Below are positions 10,000-18,923 of a DNA stretch of 64,000 nt, piece by piece. The stretch is taken from assembly GCA_040376695.1 (NCBI GenBank), contig JBEIQD010000001.1, forward strand, positions 15,615-79,614, read 5' to 3'. Source of the stretch: Candidatus Nomurabacteria bacterium (GTDB lineage: Bacteria > Patescibacteriota > Minisyncoccia > Phycocordibacterales > UBA5272). Below the pieces are notes generated by a model. That model did not search any database. It worked only from the letters and a program-made list of their open reading frames with translations, and was not told the DNA's origin. Every line of letters starts with the position of its first letter. Positions within the stretch are counted from its first letter, which is position 1. The translations under genes were made by a program, and so were the position numbers.

Positions 10000-11451
10000 A
10001 TGGCATCAATCGATGAGCTTCGCGCAGAGCGCCTCAAAAAATTACAAGCGTTGGAAGAGTTAGGTAAGTCAGGATTCCCATCAGTCTCACGAAGAACACA
10101 TGAATTAAGTGATATTGTTCGTAATTTCCAAGAACTAGAAAAGTCCGGCACTCAGGTTATTGTAACGGGAAGAGTTATGGTTTCGCGTGGGCAAGGAGCT
10201 CTCATCTTTATTGACCTTTACGATGGAACAGCGAAACTCCAAGCTGTTATTAAACTTCCTGAGTCTGGTGAAGAGGCTCATACATTCTTTACAACGTATG
10301 TTGATACGGGGGATTTTATTGAGGTAACAGGAACGTTGTTTACAACAAAGTCAGGGCAGGAGAGTGTACTAGTTACAAATGTTTCTATGCTTTCAAAAGC
10401 ACTTCTTCCACTTCCTGATAAGTATCATGGTATTCAGGATGAGGAACTTCGTATGCGTGAACGGTATTTAGATATTCTTACAAATCCTGAACTTCGTGAG
10501 CTACTTGAAAAGAAAGCAAAGTTTTGGGAAGTGGTTCGCTCATTCCTACGTGACAAAAAGTTTCTTGAAGTTGAAACGCCAACCATTGAAGTAACAACAG
10601 GAGGGGCCGAAGCTCGTCCATTTGCAACACACCACAATGATTTTGATCTTGATGTGTTCATGCGTATTTCTGTTGGAGAGCTATGGCAAAAGAGATTGAT
10701 GGCAGCAGGACTTCCAAAGACGTTTGAAATAGGTCGTGTATACAGAAATGAAGGATCTTCCCCAGAACACGTTCAAGAATTCACTAACTGTGAATTCTAT
10801 ATGGCCTACGCCGATTATGAAGACGGTATGAAGTTTGTAGAGGAGTTATACAAGAAGGTTGCAGAAGAAGTATTTGGAACAACAACATTTACTACTCGAG
10901 GACATACATTTGATTTGACTGGTGAATGGAAACGAATTGATTACAGAGAAGAAGTTTTACGTCAGACTGGGGTTGATATTAGTACTGCGACTCTTGAACA
11001 GCTCGTAGCAAAGGCTAATGAACTTAAAATCAAATATGAAGGAGTGAACGAAGAGCGTCTTATTGATACATTGTGGAAGTATTGCCGTAAGAATATTTCA
11101 GGCCCAGCCTTTCTTATTAATCATCCATTACTTGTTGCTCCGCTTGCAAAGAAGAATAGTGATGGAATGACGGCGCAGATTTTCCAACCGATTCTTGCTG
11201 GTTCTGAAATTGGAAAAGGGTATTCTGAGTTGAATGATCCAATTGATCAACGAGCTCGTTTTGAAAAACAACAACAGCTCCTTTCAGGCGGAGATGAAGA
11301 AGCGATGATGGCTGATGATTCTTTCATTGAAATGCTTGAGCACGGCATGCCTCCAACATGTGGATTTGGATTCGGAGAGCGTTTATTTGCATTTTTGGCG
11401 GATAAGCCTATACGTGAGATTCACACGTTTCCTTTGGTAAAACCAAAATAG
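10000..11451 (+). CDS. lysS: lysyl-tRNA synthetase, class II
   Basis: N-terminal OB anticodon-binding domain, class II motifs 1-3, and a C-terminal GFGFGERL segment. Confidence 0.93.
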   Translation: MASIDELRAERLKKLQALEELGKSGFPSVSRRTHELSDIVRNFQELEKSGTQVIVTGRVMVSRGQGALIFIDLYDGTAKLQAVIKLPESGEEAHTFFTTYVDTGDFIEVTGTLFTTKSGQESVLVTNVSMLSKALLPLPDKYHGIQDEELRMRERYLDILTNPELRELLEKKAKFWEVVRSFLRDKKFLEVETPTIEVTTGGAEARPFATHHNDFDLDVFMRISVGELWQKRLMAAGLPKTFEIGRVYRNEGSSPEHVQEFTNCEFYMAYADYEDGMKFVEELYKKVAEEVFGTTTFTTRGHTFDLTGEWKRIDYREEVLRQTGVDISTATLEQLVAKANELKIKYEGVNEERLIDTLWKYCRKNISGPAFLINHPLLVAPLAKKNSDGMTAQIFQPILAGSEIGKGYSELNDPIDQRARFEKQQQLLSGGDEEAMMADDSFIEMLEHGMPPTCGFGFGERLFAFLADKPIREIHTFPLVKPK

Positions 11452-11469
11452 GGAATATTTTAAAAGGGA

Positions 11470-11510
11470 TAAACGAAAAAGCACTACAATGTAGTGCTTT
11501 TTCGTTTATC
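11470..11510 (+). terminator. rho-independent terminator after lysS
   Basis: Long palindrome ataaacgaaaaagcactacaatgtagtgctttttcgtttat. Confidence 0.7.
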
Positions 11511-11571
11511 CACAGGGATTTTCTAGGATATTAAAAGATAAGTGGAGTATAATGGAGGCTAGTGGAGGATT

Positions 11572-12030
11572 GTGGGAGATTCTTCACAAATTAGTATGCT
11601 GATAGGCCAATACACACACGAACTCGATCCGAAAAAACGACTGACCTTGCCAGCTAAATGGAGGACTTCGTTGGGGAAAAAAGTTGTTGTGACAAATGGT
11701 CTTGATGGATCGCTCTTTATATTCGCAGAAAAAGAATGGACAAGGATTGCAGAACAGCTTGCATCAAATGGATTCGGTAATGCCGATTCACGAAGTTTTA
11801 ACCGTGTGATGCTTGCACATGCGTTTGAAACAGACATTGATGCACAGGGACGCATCCTTATTCCTGATACATTGAAGGACTCAGCGGGACTTAGTTCTAA
11901 AGTAGTTCTTGCTGGTATGTATTCACGTATTGAAATGTGGGATGAAGGAAGATGGAAAGAATATTCAAAGAAAGCTCTTGGCGAAGCTGATGCTTTAGCC
12001 TCGAAGTTGAGTGATCTAGGTTTACTATAG
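11572..12030 (+). CDS. mraZ: transcriptional regulator MraZ
   Basis: Double SpoVT/AbrB-like repeat with LD..KGR...P boxes. First gene of the dcw cluster. The ORF-track start is GTG; an in-frame ATG at 11596 is an alternative start. Confidence 0.8.
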   Translation: MGDSSQISMLIGQYTHELDPKKRLTLPAKWRTSLGKKVVVTNGLDGSLFIFAEKEWTRIAEQLASNGFGNADSRSFNRVMLAHAFETDIDAQGRILIPDTLKDSAGLSSKVVLAGMYSRIEMWDEGRWKEYSKKALGEADALASKLSDLGLL

Positions 12031-12942
12031 GTGGTGACATTTACGACCATGTCACATATACCAGTACTTTTACATGAATCTCTAGAAGGTTTAGCTATAC
12101 AAGAAGGTGGCGTGTACGTTGATTGCACAACCAATCGCGGAGGCCACAGTTTAGAAATAGCTAAAGCTTTGGGAAAAAACGGAACACTTATCTGTATTGA
12201 TCTTGATCAAGTGGCGCTTGAAGAAGCAAAAAATAAACTAGATGCATTAGAAGGGAAACCTACTATTCATTACGTTCATTCTAACTTCAGACATTTACAA
12301 GCAATACTTGCAGACTTACAAATAGAAAAGGTTAATGGAGTGCTTGCGGACTTGGGACTTTCATCTCAAGAGCTAGATAGTTCGAAGAGAGGGTTTTCTT
12401 TCAGATTTGATGAGCCGCTCCTGATGACCTTCCATGCATCTCCAAGTGAAGACATGACAACAGCGTATGACATTGTTAACACTTGGAATGAAGAATCAAT
12501 TGCAGACGTCATTTATGGTTTCGCTGACGAAACCTACTCACGACGTATTGCAAAAAGAATCATTGATGCGCGACAGCGGGGAAAGATAGAAACAACACTT
12601 CAGTTGGTGGATATCATCGCTTCCGCTGTTCCAGCTGACTATCGCCATAAGAAGACGCACTTTGCTACAAAAACATTTCAAGCGCTTCGCATGGCGGTGA
12701 ATGATGAACTGGGAAGTATCCACGATCTTATTTCATCACTTCCTCAGGTATTACAAGTAGGAGGACGTGCCGCAATCATAACCTTTCATTCGACTGAAGA
12801 TAGAATCGTCAAGAAAGAATTAAGAAGTTTACCTGAATCCTTAACAATTATTAACAAGAAAGCAATCGTTCCAACAGATGAGGAATTAGAACATAACCCT
12901 CGTGCACGAAGTGCCCAGTTACGTATCGCCGAAAAAATATAA
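12031..12942 (+). CDS. rsmH: 16S rRNA m4C1402 methyltransferase RsmH
   Basis: HIPVLL N-terminus and SAM-binding motifs. Adjacent to mraZ. The ORF-track start is GTG; the ATG at 12049 is the probable start. Confidence 0.88.
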   Translation: MVTFTTMSHIPVLLHESLEGLAIQEGGVYVDCTTNRGGHSLEIAKALGKNGTLICIDLDQVALEEAKNKLDALEGKPTIHYVHSNFRHLQAILADLQIEKVNGVLADLGLSSQELDSSKRGFSFRFDEPLLMTFHASPSEDMTTAYDIVNTWNEESIADVIYGFADETYSRRIAKRIIDARQRGKIETTLQLVDIIASAVPADYRHKKTHFATKTFQALRMAVNDELGSIHDLISSLPQVLQVGGRAAIITFHSTEDRIVKKELRSLPESLTIINKKAIVPTDEELEHNPRARSAQLRIAEKI

Positions 12943-12956
12943 GCTATCCCTTACCT

Positions 12957-13274
12957 ATGTCATCACGCTACCAATCAATTACACTTTTCGAACGCACTGT
13001 TCACACCATGTTTGGTTCTCTTATGGTGCTTGCGCTCATTTATTGTGTGGTACTGCTCTCATTAATTTTTTCGGTAATTGAACGTAAACAAAACGCTCTC
13101 GCAAGTCGAGATTTAACCTCTACAGTTAGTGCTTTGGAAGCAAAGTATGCAAATAGTGTTGCTTCTATTAATGACGCGACACTTCTTGCTAATAATTATA
13201 AGAGAATAGACGGTGCAACATTTGCGGTACGCAAAGATGCTATAGCTAGTTATACTGTGCTCTATGCACGCTAA
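12957..13274 (+). CDS. ftsL: FtsL-like division protein (single TM plus coiled coil)
   Basis: 105 aa with a TM helix followed by a heptad-rich segment. In the canonical position between rsmH and ftsI. Confidence 0.55.
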   Translation: MSSRYQSITLFERTVHTMFGSLMVLALIYCVVLLSLIFSVIERKQNALASRDLTSTVSALEAKYANSVASINDATLLANNYKRIDGATFAVRKDAIASYTVLYAR

Positions 13275-15015
13275 TCCTGAGGAACAAATAAACGAAGATC
13301 AGAGACTGAGATCAGAAGACAGGTCGCATCTCGTTATGCTTTTGTGGTTTCTTGTGGCGCTCTTTATTGCCTCACGAGCTTTTTATATTCAAGTGGTTAA
13401 GCATTCGTATTATGTAGATGTTGCAGATAGGCAATATATAACAAATGGACCTGTAAATTTCGACAGAGGTACGGTATTCTTTTCTCACTATAGAGAAGAG
13501 TTAGTTCCAGCTGCGCAACTTTCAACAACCTATCGTGTGGCAATAGATCCAACCGCAATTAAAAATGCAACATCTACATATGAAAAACTTGTGACCCATA
13601 TTCCTCTTTTAGACAATGTTTCTTTTATGGCCCGCGCAACTAAAGAAGGAGATCCGTATGAAGAAATAGCAAAAGATATTTCTGCTGAAACAGTTGCTCA
13701 AATAAAACTAGAAAAACTAACTGGAGTAAGTTTCGTAAAAGATAATAAGCGAGCATATCCTCAGATGGATGTGGGGTCAAAAATTTTAGGATTCGTAGGT
13801 AATGATGGTTCTCGGATTAAAGGACAGTACGGTATTGAACGATATTATAATGATGTACTTTCAAGATCAGGAAGCAATCAGTCGGTGAATTTCTTTGCAG
13901 AGCTTTTTGCAGATATCGAAAAAACAACTATTTCTAATACTGATGCAAAGGAAGGGGATATTGTTCTCACAATCGACGCGGAAGCAGAACGTGCGCTCCA
14001 TAATGCTTTAGTAGAAACAAAAAAGGAGTGGAACTCAGATATTATTGGGGGAATCATTATGGATCCACAAACAGGAGATATTCTTGCAATGGACTCTCTC
14101 CCTTCCTTTGATCCGAATGCGTATTCAAACGTAGAAGACGCAAGTTTCTTTTTGAATCAGAACGTTTCAGGGGTGTATGAAATGGGAAGTATTATTAAGC
14201 CTCTGACTGTTGCAGCAGCGCTTGATAGCGGTGCCGTAACAGAAGAGACAACCTATAACGACACAGGATTTCGTGATCTTAACGGGTATAAAGTTAAAAA
14301 CTTTGATGGACAAGCTCGAGGTGCAGGAACTAAAATACAGACAATACTTGATAAGTCTCTCAACGTTGGTATTGTGTTCTTGGTTGAGCAGCTTGGCACT
14401 AAACGATTTCAACAATACTTTAAAAACTTTGGACTCGGAGAAGAAACTGGTATTGATCTCCCAGGAGAGGCGAGTGGCCTTACAAAGAACTTAGATAGTA
14501 ATGTGCTCGTTGATAGCGCTACTGCTGGCTTCGGGCAGGGTATTGCGGTGACTCCTATTCAAACAGTTCGAGCCCTTGCATCTCTTGGAAACGGTGGAAA
14601 ACTGGTTAACCCTCATGTTGTGGATACCATTATCTACAAAAATGGTACAACAAAAAAGATTGTTCAAGACCCACCAACACAGGTTATAACCGAGAAAACA
14701 AGTGAAGAGATTTCACGCATGCTGGTGCATGTTGTAGATACTGCACTTAAAAACGGAACGTACAAAATGGACAGATATTCAATTGCTGCCAAAACAGGAA
14801 CAGCTCAAATAGCAAAACCAGGAGGAGGATATTATGAAGATAGGTACCTTCACTCATTCTTTGGATACTTTCCAGCATACGAACCAAAATATATTATTTT
14901 CTTGTATCACACGAATCCAAAAGGTGCCGAGTACGCCTCAGCAACGCTCACAGACCCATTCTTTAAGTTAGTTAAATTTCTCATCTCATATTACGAAGTT
15001 CCACCAGACCGTTAG
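13264..15015 (+). CDS. ftsI: peptidoglycan D,D-transpeptidase FtsI (PBP3-like)
   Basis: TM anchor and PBP dimerisation domain. Motifs SIIKP (SxxK), SLN (SxN) and KTGTA (KTG). Confidence 0.85.
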   Translation: MHANPEEQINEDQRLRSEDRSHLVMLLWFLVALFIASRAFYIQVVKHSYYVDVADRQYITNGPVNFDRGTVFFSHYREELVPAAQLSTTYRVAIDPTAIKNATSTYEKLVTHIPLLDNVSFMARATKEGDPYEEIAKDISAETVAQIKLEKLTGVSFVKDNKRAYPQMDVGSKILGFVGNDGSRIKGQYGIERYYNDVLSRSGSNQSVNFFAELFADIEKTTISNTDAKEGDIVLTIDAEAERALHNALVETKKEWNSDIIGGIIMDPQTGDILAMDSLPSFDPNAYSNVEDASFFLNQNVSGVYEMGSIIKPLTVAAALDSGAVTEETTYNDTGFRDLNGYKVKNFDGQARGAGTKIQTILDKSLNVGIVFLVEQLGTKRFQQYFKNFGLGEETGIDLPGEASGLTKNLDSNVLVDSATAGFGQGIAVTPIQTVRALASLGNGGKLVNPHVVDTIIYKNGTTKKIVQDPPTQVITEKTSEEISRMLVHVVDTALKNGTYKMDRYSIAAKTGTAQIAKPGGGYYEDRYLHSFFGYFPAYEPKYIIFLYHTNPKGAEYASATLTDPFFKLVKFLISYYEVPPDR

Positions 15016-15048
15016 TTTCATTTTTACATTCCATGCTAGTATGGCTCT

Positions 15049-15858
15049 ATGATTAAAAAGACTTCTGCAAAAAAGAAGATACCAGCTTCCGTTACTAAAG
15101 ATACTTCGTGGGGTGGAGTGGCTGAGTGGTATGACAAGCATCTCGAGAAAGGAACTGATACCTATCATGATAAAGTAGTTCATCCAAACCTTTTGCGTAT
15201 GTTGGGAGATGTTAAGGGAAAGCAAATGCTTGATCTTGGATGTGGCCAAGGGATTTTCTCGCGCTTACTTGCGGACGCTGGCGCTCATGTTGTTGGTGTT
15301 GATCTTGGAAAAGAACTCATTGCGATTGCTGAGAAGAAAAATGCTGAGTATTCGTTTAAGATTCATTATTTCCATGGAGCATCTGATGACCTCTATATGG
15401 TTAAGGATGAAACAAAAGATATTGTCGTGTGTGTTCTTGCTCTTCAAAATATTGAAAAGCTACAAGGTACAGTGACAGAAGTGGTTCGCACACTTAAGAA
15501 AGGTGGAAAGTTTTTTGTAGTGCTCAATCACCCAAGCTTTAGAAACCCACGACACACTCATTGGGGGTATGACGAACATGAAAAGGTTCAGTATCGTCGA
15601 GTGAATGAGTATCTTAGTGAATCAAAGATAAAAATTGATATGACTCCAGGCGCTATTAAGGATAAGAAATTTACTGTTTCTTTCCATCGTCCACTTCAGG
15701 TGTATGTGAAGGCATTTGGAAAACATGGACTAGCAGTTACGAGACTTGAGGAATGGGAATCTCATCGTGCGAGTCAAAATGGACCACGAAAAGACGCTGA
15801 AGACAAAGCTCGAAAAGAGATACCACTTTTCTTGTGTTTGGAGATGGTAAAGCTGTAA
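15049..15858 (+). CDS. class I SAM-dependent methyltransferase
   Basis: Motif I LDLGCGQG and the Rossmann MTase pattern. Confidence 0.7.
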   Translation: MIKKTSAKKKIPASVTKDTSWGGVAEWYDKHLEKGTDTYHDKVVHPNLLRMLGDVKGKQMLDLGCGQGIFSRLLADAGAHVVGVDLGKELIAIAEKKNAEYSFKIHYFHGASDDLYMVKDETKDIVVCVLALQNIEKLQGTVTEVVRTLKKGGKFFVVLNHPSFRNPRHTHWGYDEHEKVQYRRVNEYLSESKIKIDMTPGAIKDKKFTVSFHRPLQVYVKAFGKHGLAVTRLEEWESHRASQNGPRKDAEDKARKEIPLFLCLEMVKL

Positions 15859-15894
15859 AAAACATTAAAAGTGAGTGTGATACACTAGGATAAT

Positions 15895-16560
15895 ATGAAA
15901 AAATTATCACGCTTTCTTACAACAACTGAAGGAAAATTCCTCACTTTTATTGGAGCTTTAATAGTGCTTTCTTTCGCATATTACTTTTATGCAATGAGTA
16001 CACGAGCAAACCTACCAACACCAGAAGTTACTGTTAACGAACAGGATCATGTTCGCGGAACTGTAGGCGGAAAGGTTACACTTGTTGAATTCGGTGACTT
16101 ACAATGTCCAGCCTGTGGTGCGTATGAACCAATTGTTCGCCAAGTAATTGCTGACAATGCAGGGACATTGCAGTTCGTCTTTAAACATTTTCCACTTACA
16201 CAGATTCACCAGAATGCCTTACTCTCCGCAAAGGCATCTGAAGCAGCAGCGCTTCAGGGTAAGTTTTGGGAAATGCATGACATTCTCTATGACAAACAAA
16301 CAGAGTGGTCAGGAAGTTTAAATGCTCGCGATATGTTCGTTGGATATGCTACAACATTAGGGCTTGATGCTGAGAAGTTTTCAACTGATCTTAATAACGC
16401 TTCTATCGAAGAGAAGATTATTGCTGAGTATAAGGAAGGAGTATCTCTTGGTGTACAAGGAACTCCAACATTTTTCCTTAATGGAAAGAAAATTGATAAC
16501 CCAGGAAGTGTCGATGCGTTTAATAAGTTAATTAAAGAAGCAGCTGCTTCAGCTAACTAA
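15895..16560 (+). CDS. DsbA-family thiol:disulfide oxidoreductase, membrane-anchored
   Basis: N-terminal TM and a thioredoxin fold with a CPAC active site. Confidence 0.75.
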   Translation: MKKLSRFLTTTEGKFLTFIGALIVLSFAYYFYAMSTRANLPTPEVTVNEQDHVRGTVGGKVTLVEFGDLQCPACGAYEPIVRQVIADNAGTLQFVFKHFPLTQIHQNALLSAKASEAAALQGKFWEMHDILYDKQTEWSGSLNARDMFVGYATTLGLDAEKFSTDLNNASIEEKIIAEYKEGVSLGVQGTPTFFLNGKKIDNPGSVDAFNKLIKEAAASAN

Positions 16561-16562
16561 AT

Positions 16563-16790
16563 ATGATAAAAGAGTTTTTCTTAAAACAAGCCGTTAAACA
16601 CGGAACAAAGGACCTTCCAAAGGAACAGCAAGAGATGTTGCAAGTTGCAGTAGAAAAGAACCCTGAGCTCTTCACAAAGATTGCAAAAGAGATTGAAGTT
16701 CTGAAGAAGCAGGGGAAGCCAGAGATGTATGCAGCACTTGATGTGATGAAGAAGTATCAGAAAGAAATGCAGGAATTGTTTCAGAAATAA
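16563..16790 (+). CDS. small helical hypothetical protein, translationally coupled to the DsbA-like gene
   Basis: 75 codons starting 3 nt after the upstream stop. Followed by a terminator. Confidence 0.45.
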   Translation: MIKEFFLKQAVKHGTKDLPKEQQEMLQVAVEKNPELFTKIAKEIEVLKKQGKPEMYAALDVMKKYQKEMQELFQK

Positions 16791-16805
16791 ATATTACTTT
16801 TTAGA

Positions 16806-16832
16806 AAGAGTGGCTACAGCCACTCTTTTTTG
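16806..16832 (+). terminator. rho-independent terminator
   Basis: aaagagtggct-aca-gccactctttttt. Confidence 0.7.
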
Positions 16833-16849
16833 TTATAGTAAGGAACATT

Positions 16850-17947
16850 ATGTCACTCTCAATCGGTATTGTGGGTCTTCCAAATGTTGGTAAATCAACA
16901 CTCTTTAACGCGCTCACTAAAAAGAGTGTTCCTGCTGATAACTATCCTTTTTGTACGATTGACCCATCAGTTGGTATTGTTCCTGTTCCTGATGAACGAC
17001 TTGAGGTGCTTTCAAAAATTTCTGGTTCAAAGAAAATTATTCCAGCGATTGTAGAGTTCGTAGATATTGCAGGTCTTGTAAAGGGAGCGTCTGAAGGACT
17101 TGGACTTGGTAATCAATTCCTCACACACATTCGCGAAACTGATGCGATTGCAGAAGTTGTTCGTATTTATGAGAATGCTGATCTTATTCACGTGGAAGGA
17201 ACAGTAGACCCAATGCGTGATATTGAAATCATTAACATGGAACTTATTTTGGCTGACATGCAGACGGTTGATAAGCGAGCTCAAACAATTGGGCGAGATG
17301 TAAAACGTGGAGACAAGGATGCAGTTAAGTTACAAGGTATTATCGAACGCCTCCAAAAACTCTTCGCTGAAGAAAAACTTGCCAACAGACTTGAGCTTGA
17401 TGAAGAAGAACACAAACTTGTGCGTGATTTACATCTCATTACCATGAAACCGTTCCTGTATGTTTTGAATAAACAATCAGGTGGAAAGAATTTGGATGAA
17501 ATGAAAGACCCACGATTTGATGCGCTTGTTGCATATTTCAAGGAGAATAAGTTTCACTACGTTGTAGTGGACGCAAAGATTGAAGATGAGCTTAAAGATT
17601 TTGAAGGGACTGAGCGTGATGAAATGCGTTCTGAACTTGGCGCGCATGACAGCGGTGTCGATCATCTTATTAAAGCAGGCTACGATCTTCTTGGACTTGA
17701 GACGTATCTTACGACAGGGGAAATGGAAACACGCGCATGGACAATCAAGAAAGGTTCTACTGCACCGCGCGCTGCAGCTGCTATTCATTCTGATTTTGAA
17801 ACAAAGTTTATTCGCGCTGAAGTTGTGGCCTGTGAAGATTTAGTAAAATCTGGAAGTTTTGGAGATGCAAAGGCTAAAGGAGTGCTACGAACAGAAGGGA
17901 AAGAATACATCGTTAAAGATGGAGATGTTATAGAGTTTAAGATTTAA
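16850..17947 (+). CDS. ychF: ribosome-binding ATPase YchF (Obg family)
   Basis: GIVGLPNVGKST P-loop and a C-terminal TGS domain. 365 aa. Confidence 0.92.
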   Translation: MSLSIGIVGLPNVGKSTLFNALTKKSVPADNYPFCTIDPSVGIVPVPDERLEVLSKISGSKKIIPAIVEFVDIAGLVKGASEGLGLGNQFLTHIRETDAIAEVVRIYENADLIHVEGTVDPMRDIEIINMELILADMQTVDKRAQTIGRDVKRGDKDAVKLQGIIERLQKLFAEEKLANRLELDEEEHKLVRDLHLITMKPFLYVLNKQSGGKNLDEMKDPRFDALVAYFKENKFHYVVVDAKIEDELKDFEGTERDEMRSELGAHDSGVDHLIKAGYDLLGLETYLTTGEMETRAWTIKKGSTAPRAAAAIHSDFETKFIRAEVVACEDLVKSGSFGDAKAKGVLRTEGKEYIVKDGDVIEFKI

Positions 17948-17964
17948 ACTGATATACTTTTTAC

Positions 17965-18414
17965 ATGTATATTCTTTACGCGCTTCTCGGTGCAGTGATG
18001 GCTTCTGTTGGAACTATTTTTGCAAAAGTTGGATTGAAAGGAGTGGACGCTAACCTCCTTACAGCACTTCGAGGAATTGTTATGGCGGTGGTTGTAACAC
18101 TCGCAGCACTTTCATTTGGGAAATTTACTCAAGCGGGGCTTTCATCTCTTACTGCTAAACACTGGTTCTTTATTGTTCTATCTGGGCTTGCAGGAGCGCT
18201 CTCATGGATATTCTTTTATCACGCACTATCCGCTGGACCAACAGTAACAGTAACCGTGCTTGATAAGTTGTCCCTCGTTTTTACTGCCGTTCTCGCAATG
18301 ATTGTATTAGCTGAAGGAATAACAGTACAAGCAGGGGTGGGGCTTATATTGGTGGTTGTGGGAACGATTCTCGTCGCAATCCCTTGGAATACCTTGATTT
18401 CATTCATCAAATAG
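17965..18414 (+). CDS. EamA/DMT-superfamily small membrane protein (4 TM)
   Basis: 149 aa with four hydrophobic helices in the pattern of a single EamA repeat. Confidence 0.55.
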   Translation: MYILYALLGAVMASVGTIFAKVGLKGVDANLLTALRGIVMAVVVTLAALSFGKFTQAGLSSLTAKHWFFIVLSGLAGALSWIFFYHALSAGPTVTVTVLDKLSLVFTAVLAMIVLAEGITVQAGVGLILVVVGTILVAIPWNTLISFIK

Positions 18415-18453
18415 ACCTTGACATAGGTGGTTAAATAATGCTATAATATAGTC

Positions 18454-18520
18454 TCCAACTAACGCAGTTGCCATAGGTTTGTTGGTTCAGAGCGATGTCA
18501 CGTGACATCGCTCTTTTTTT
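18454..18520 (+). ncRNA. candidate small RNA (promoter-to-terminator unit of about 65 nt with no ORF)
   Basis: TTGACA (18418-18423), an 18-nt spacer and TATAAT (18442-18447), followed about 45 nt later by a 26-nt perfect palindrome plus T7 (18490-18520). Confidence 0.25.
18490..18520 (+). terminator. rho-independent terminator
   Basis: agagcgatgtcacgtgacatcgctct followed by ttttttt. Confidence 0.75.
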
Positions 18521-18607
18521 ATTTGAATACACCTGTGCTTAACTTTTCTGTACAACGTATTTTTACTGATACTCTTAGTATTAGAGGCACAACAAAAGGA
18601 GACCACC

Positions 18608-18850
18608 ATGAATACTCTACATGGTAGTGTTGATTGTAAAACCTGTAAAGGTGAGCAGTCATACCCTGCTTGGTATGCAAATCAAGCAGAACAAAAAGTT
18701 AGTTTTTATTACGACCTGTGTTCCTGCACAGGAACAACAAATCATCGATTAGGTGAGGAAAGAATTAGTGAAGAAGAGCATGATCGCTTGAAGTTGCTGT
18801 GGGCAAAACCTGCCCCACCCAAAGATCAGTCGTTTCAAGCTGCTGCCTAA
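18608..18850 (+). CDS. small Cys4 zinc-ribbon-like protein
   Basis: 80 aa with CKTC…CSC. Strong SD aaggag 7 nt upstream. Followed by a terminator-like hairpin. Confidence 0.45.
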   Translation: MNTLHGSVDCKTCKGEQSYPAWYANQAEQKVSFYYDLCSCTGTTNHRLGEERISEEEHDRLKLLWAKPAPPKDQSFQAAA

Positions 18851-18923
18851 AACGAGAAGCTCCACGCTTCCCGTTTTTCTTTTGTAAATTTCCTTCAGTA
18901 GAGTATTTTGCTATAATCAGACG

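Noticed and set aside
11572-12048. ORF-track start codons for mraZ (GTG 11572) and rsmH (GTG 12031)
   Set aside because: Not rejected as genes. The non-ATG track starts are uncertain: in-frame ATGs at 11596 and 12049 give conventional MraZ/RsmH N-termini, and neither option has a clear SD.
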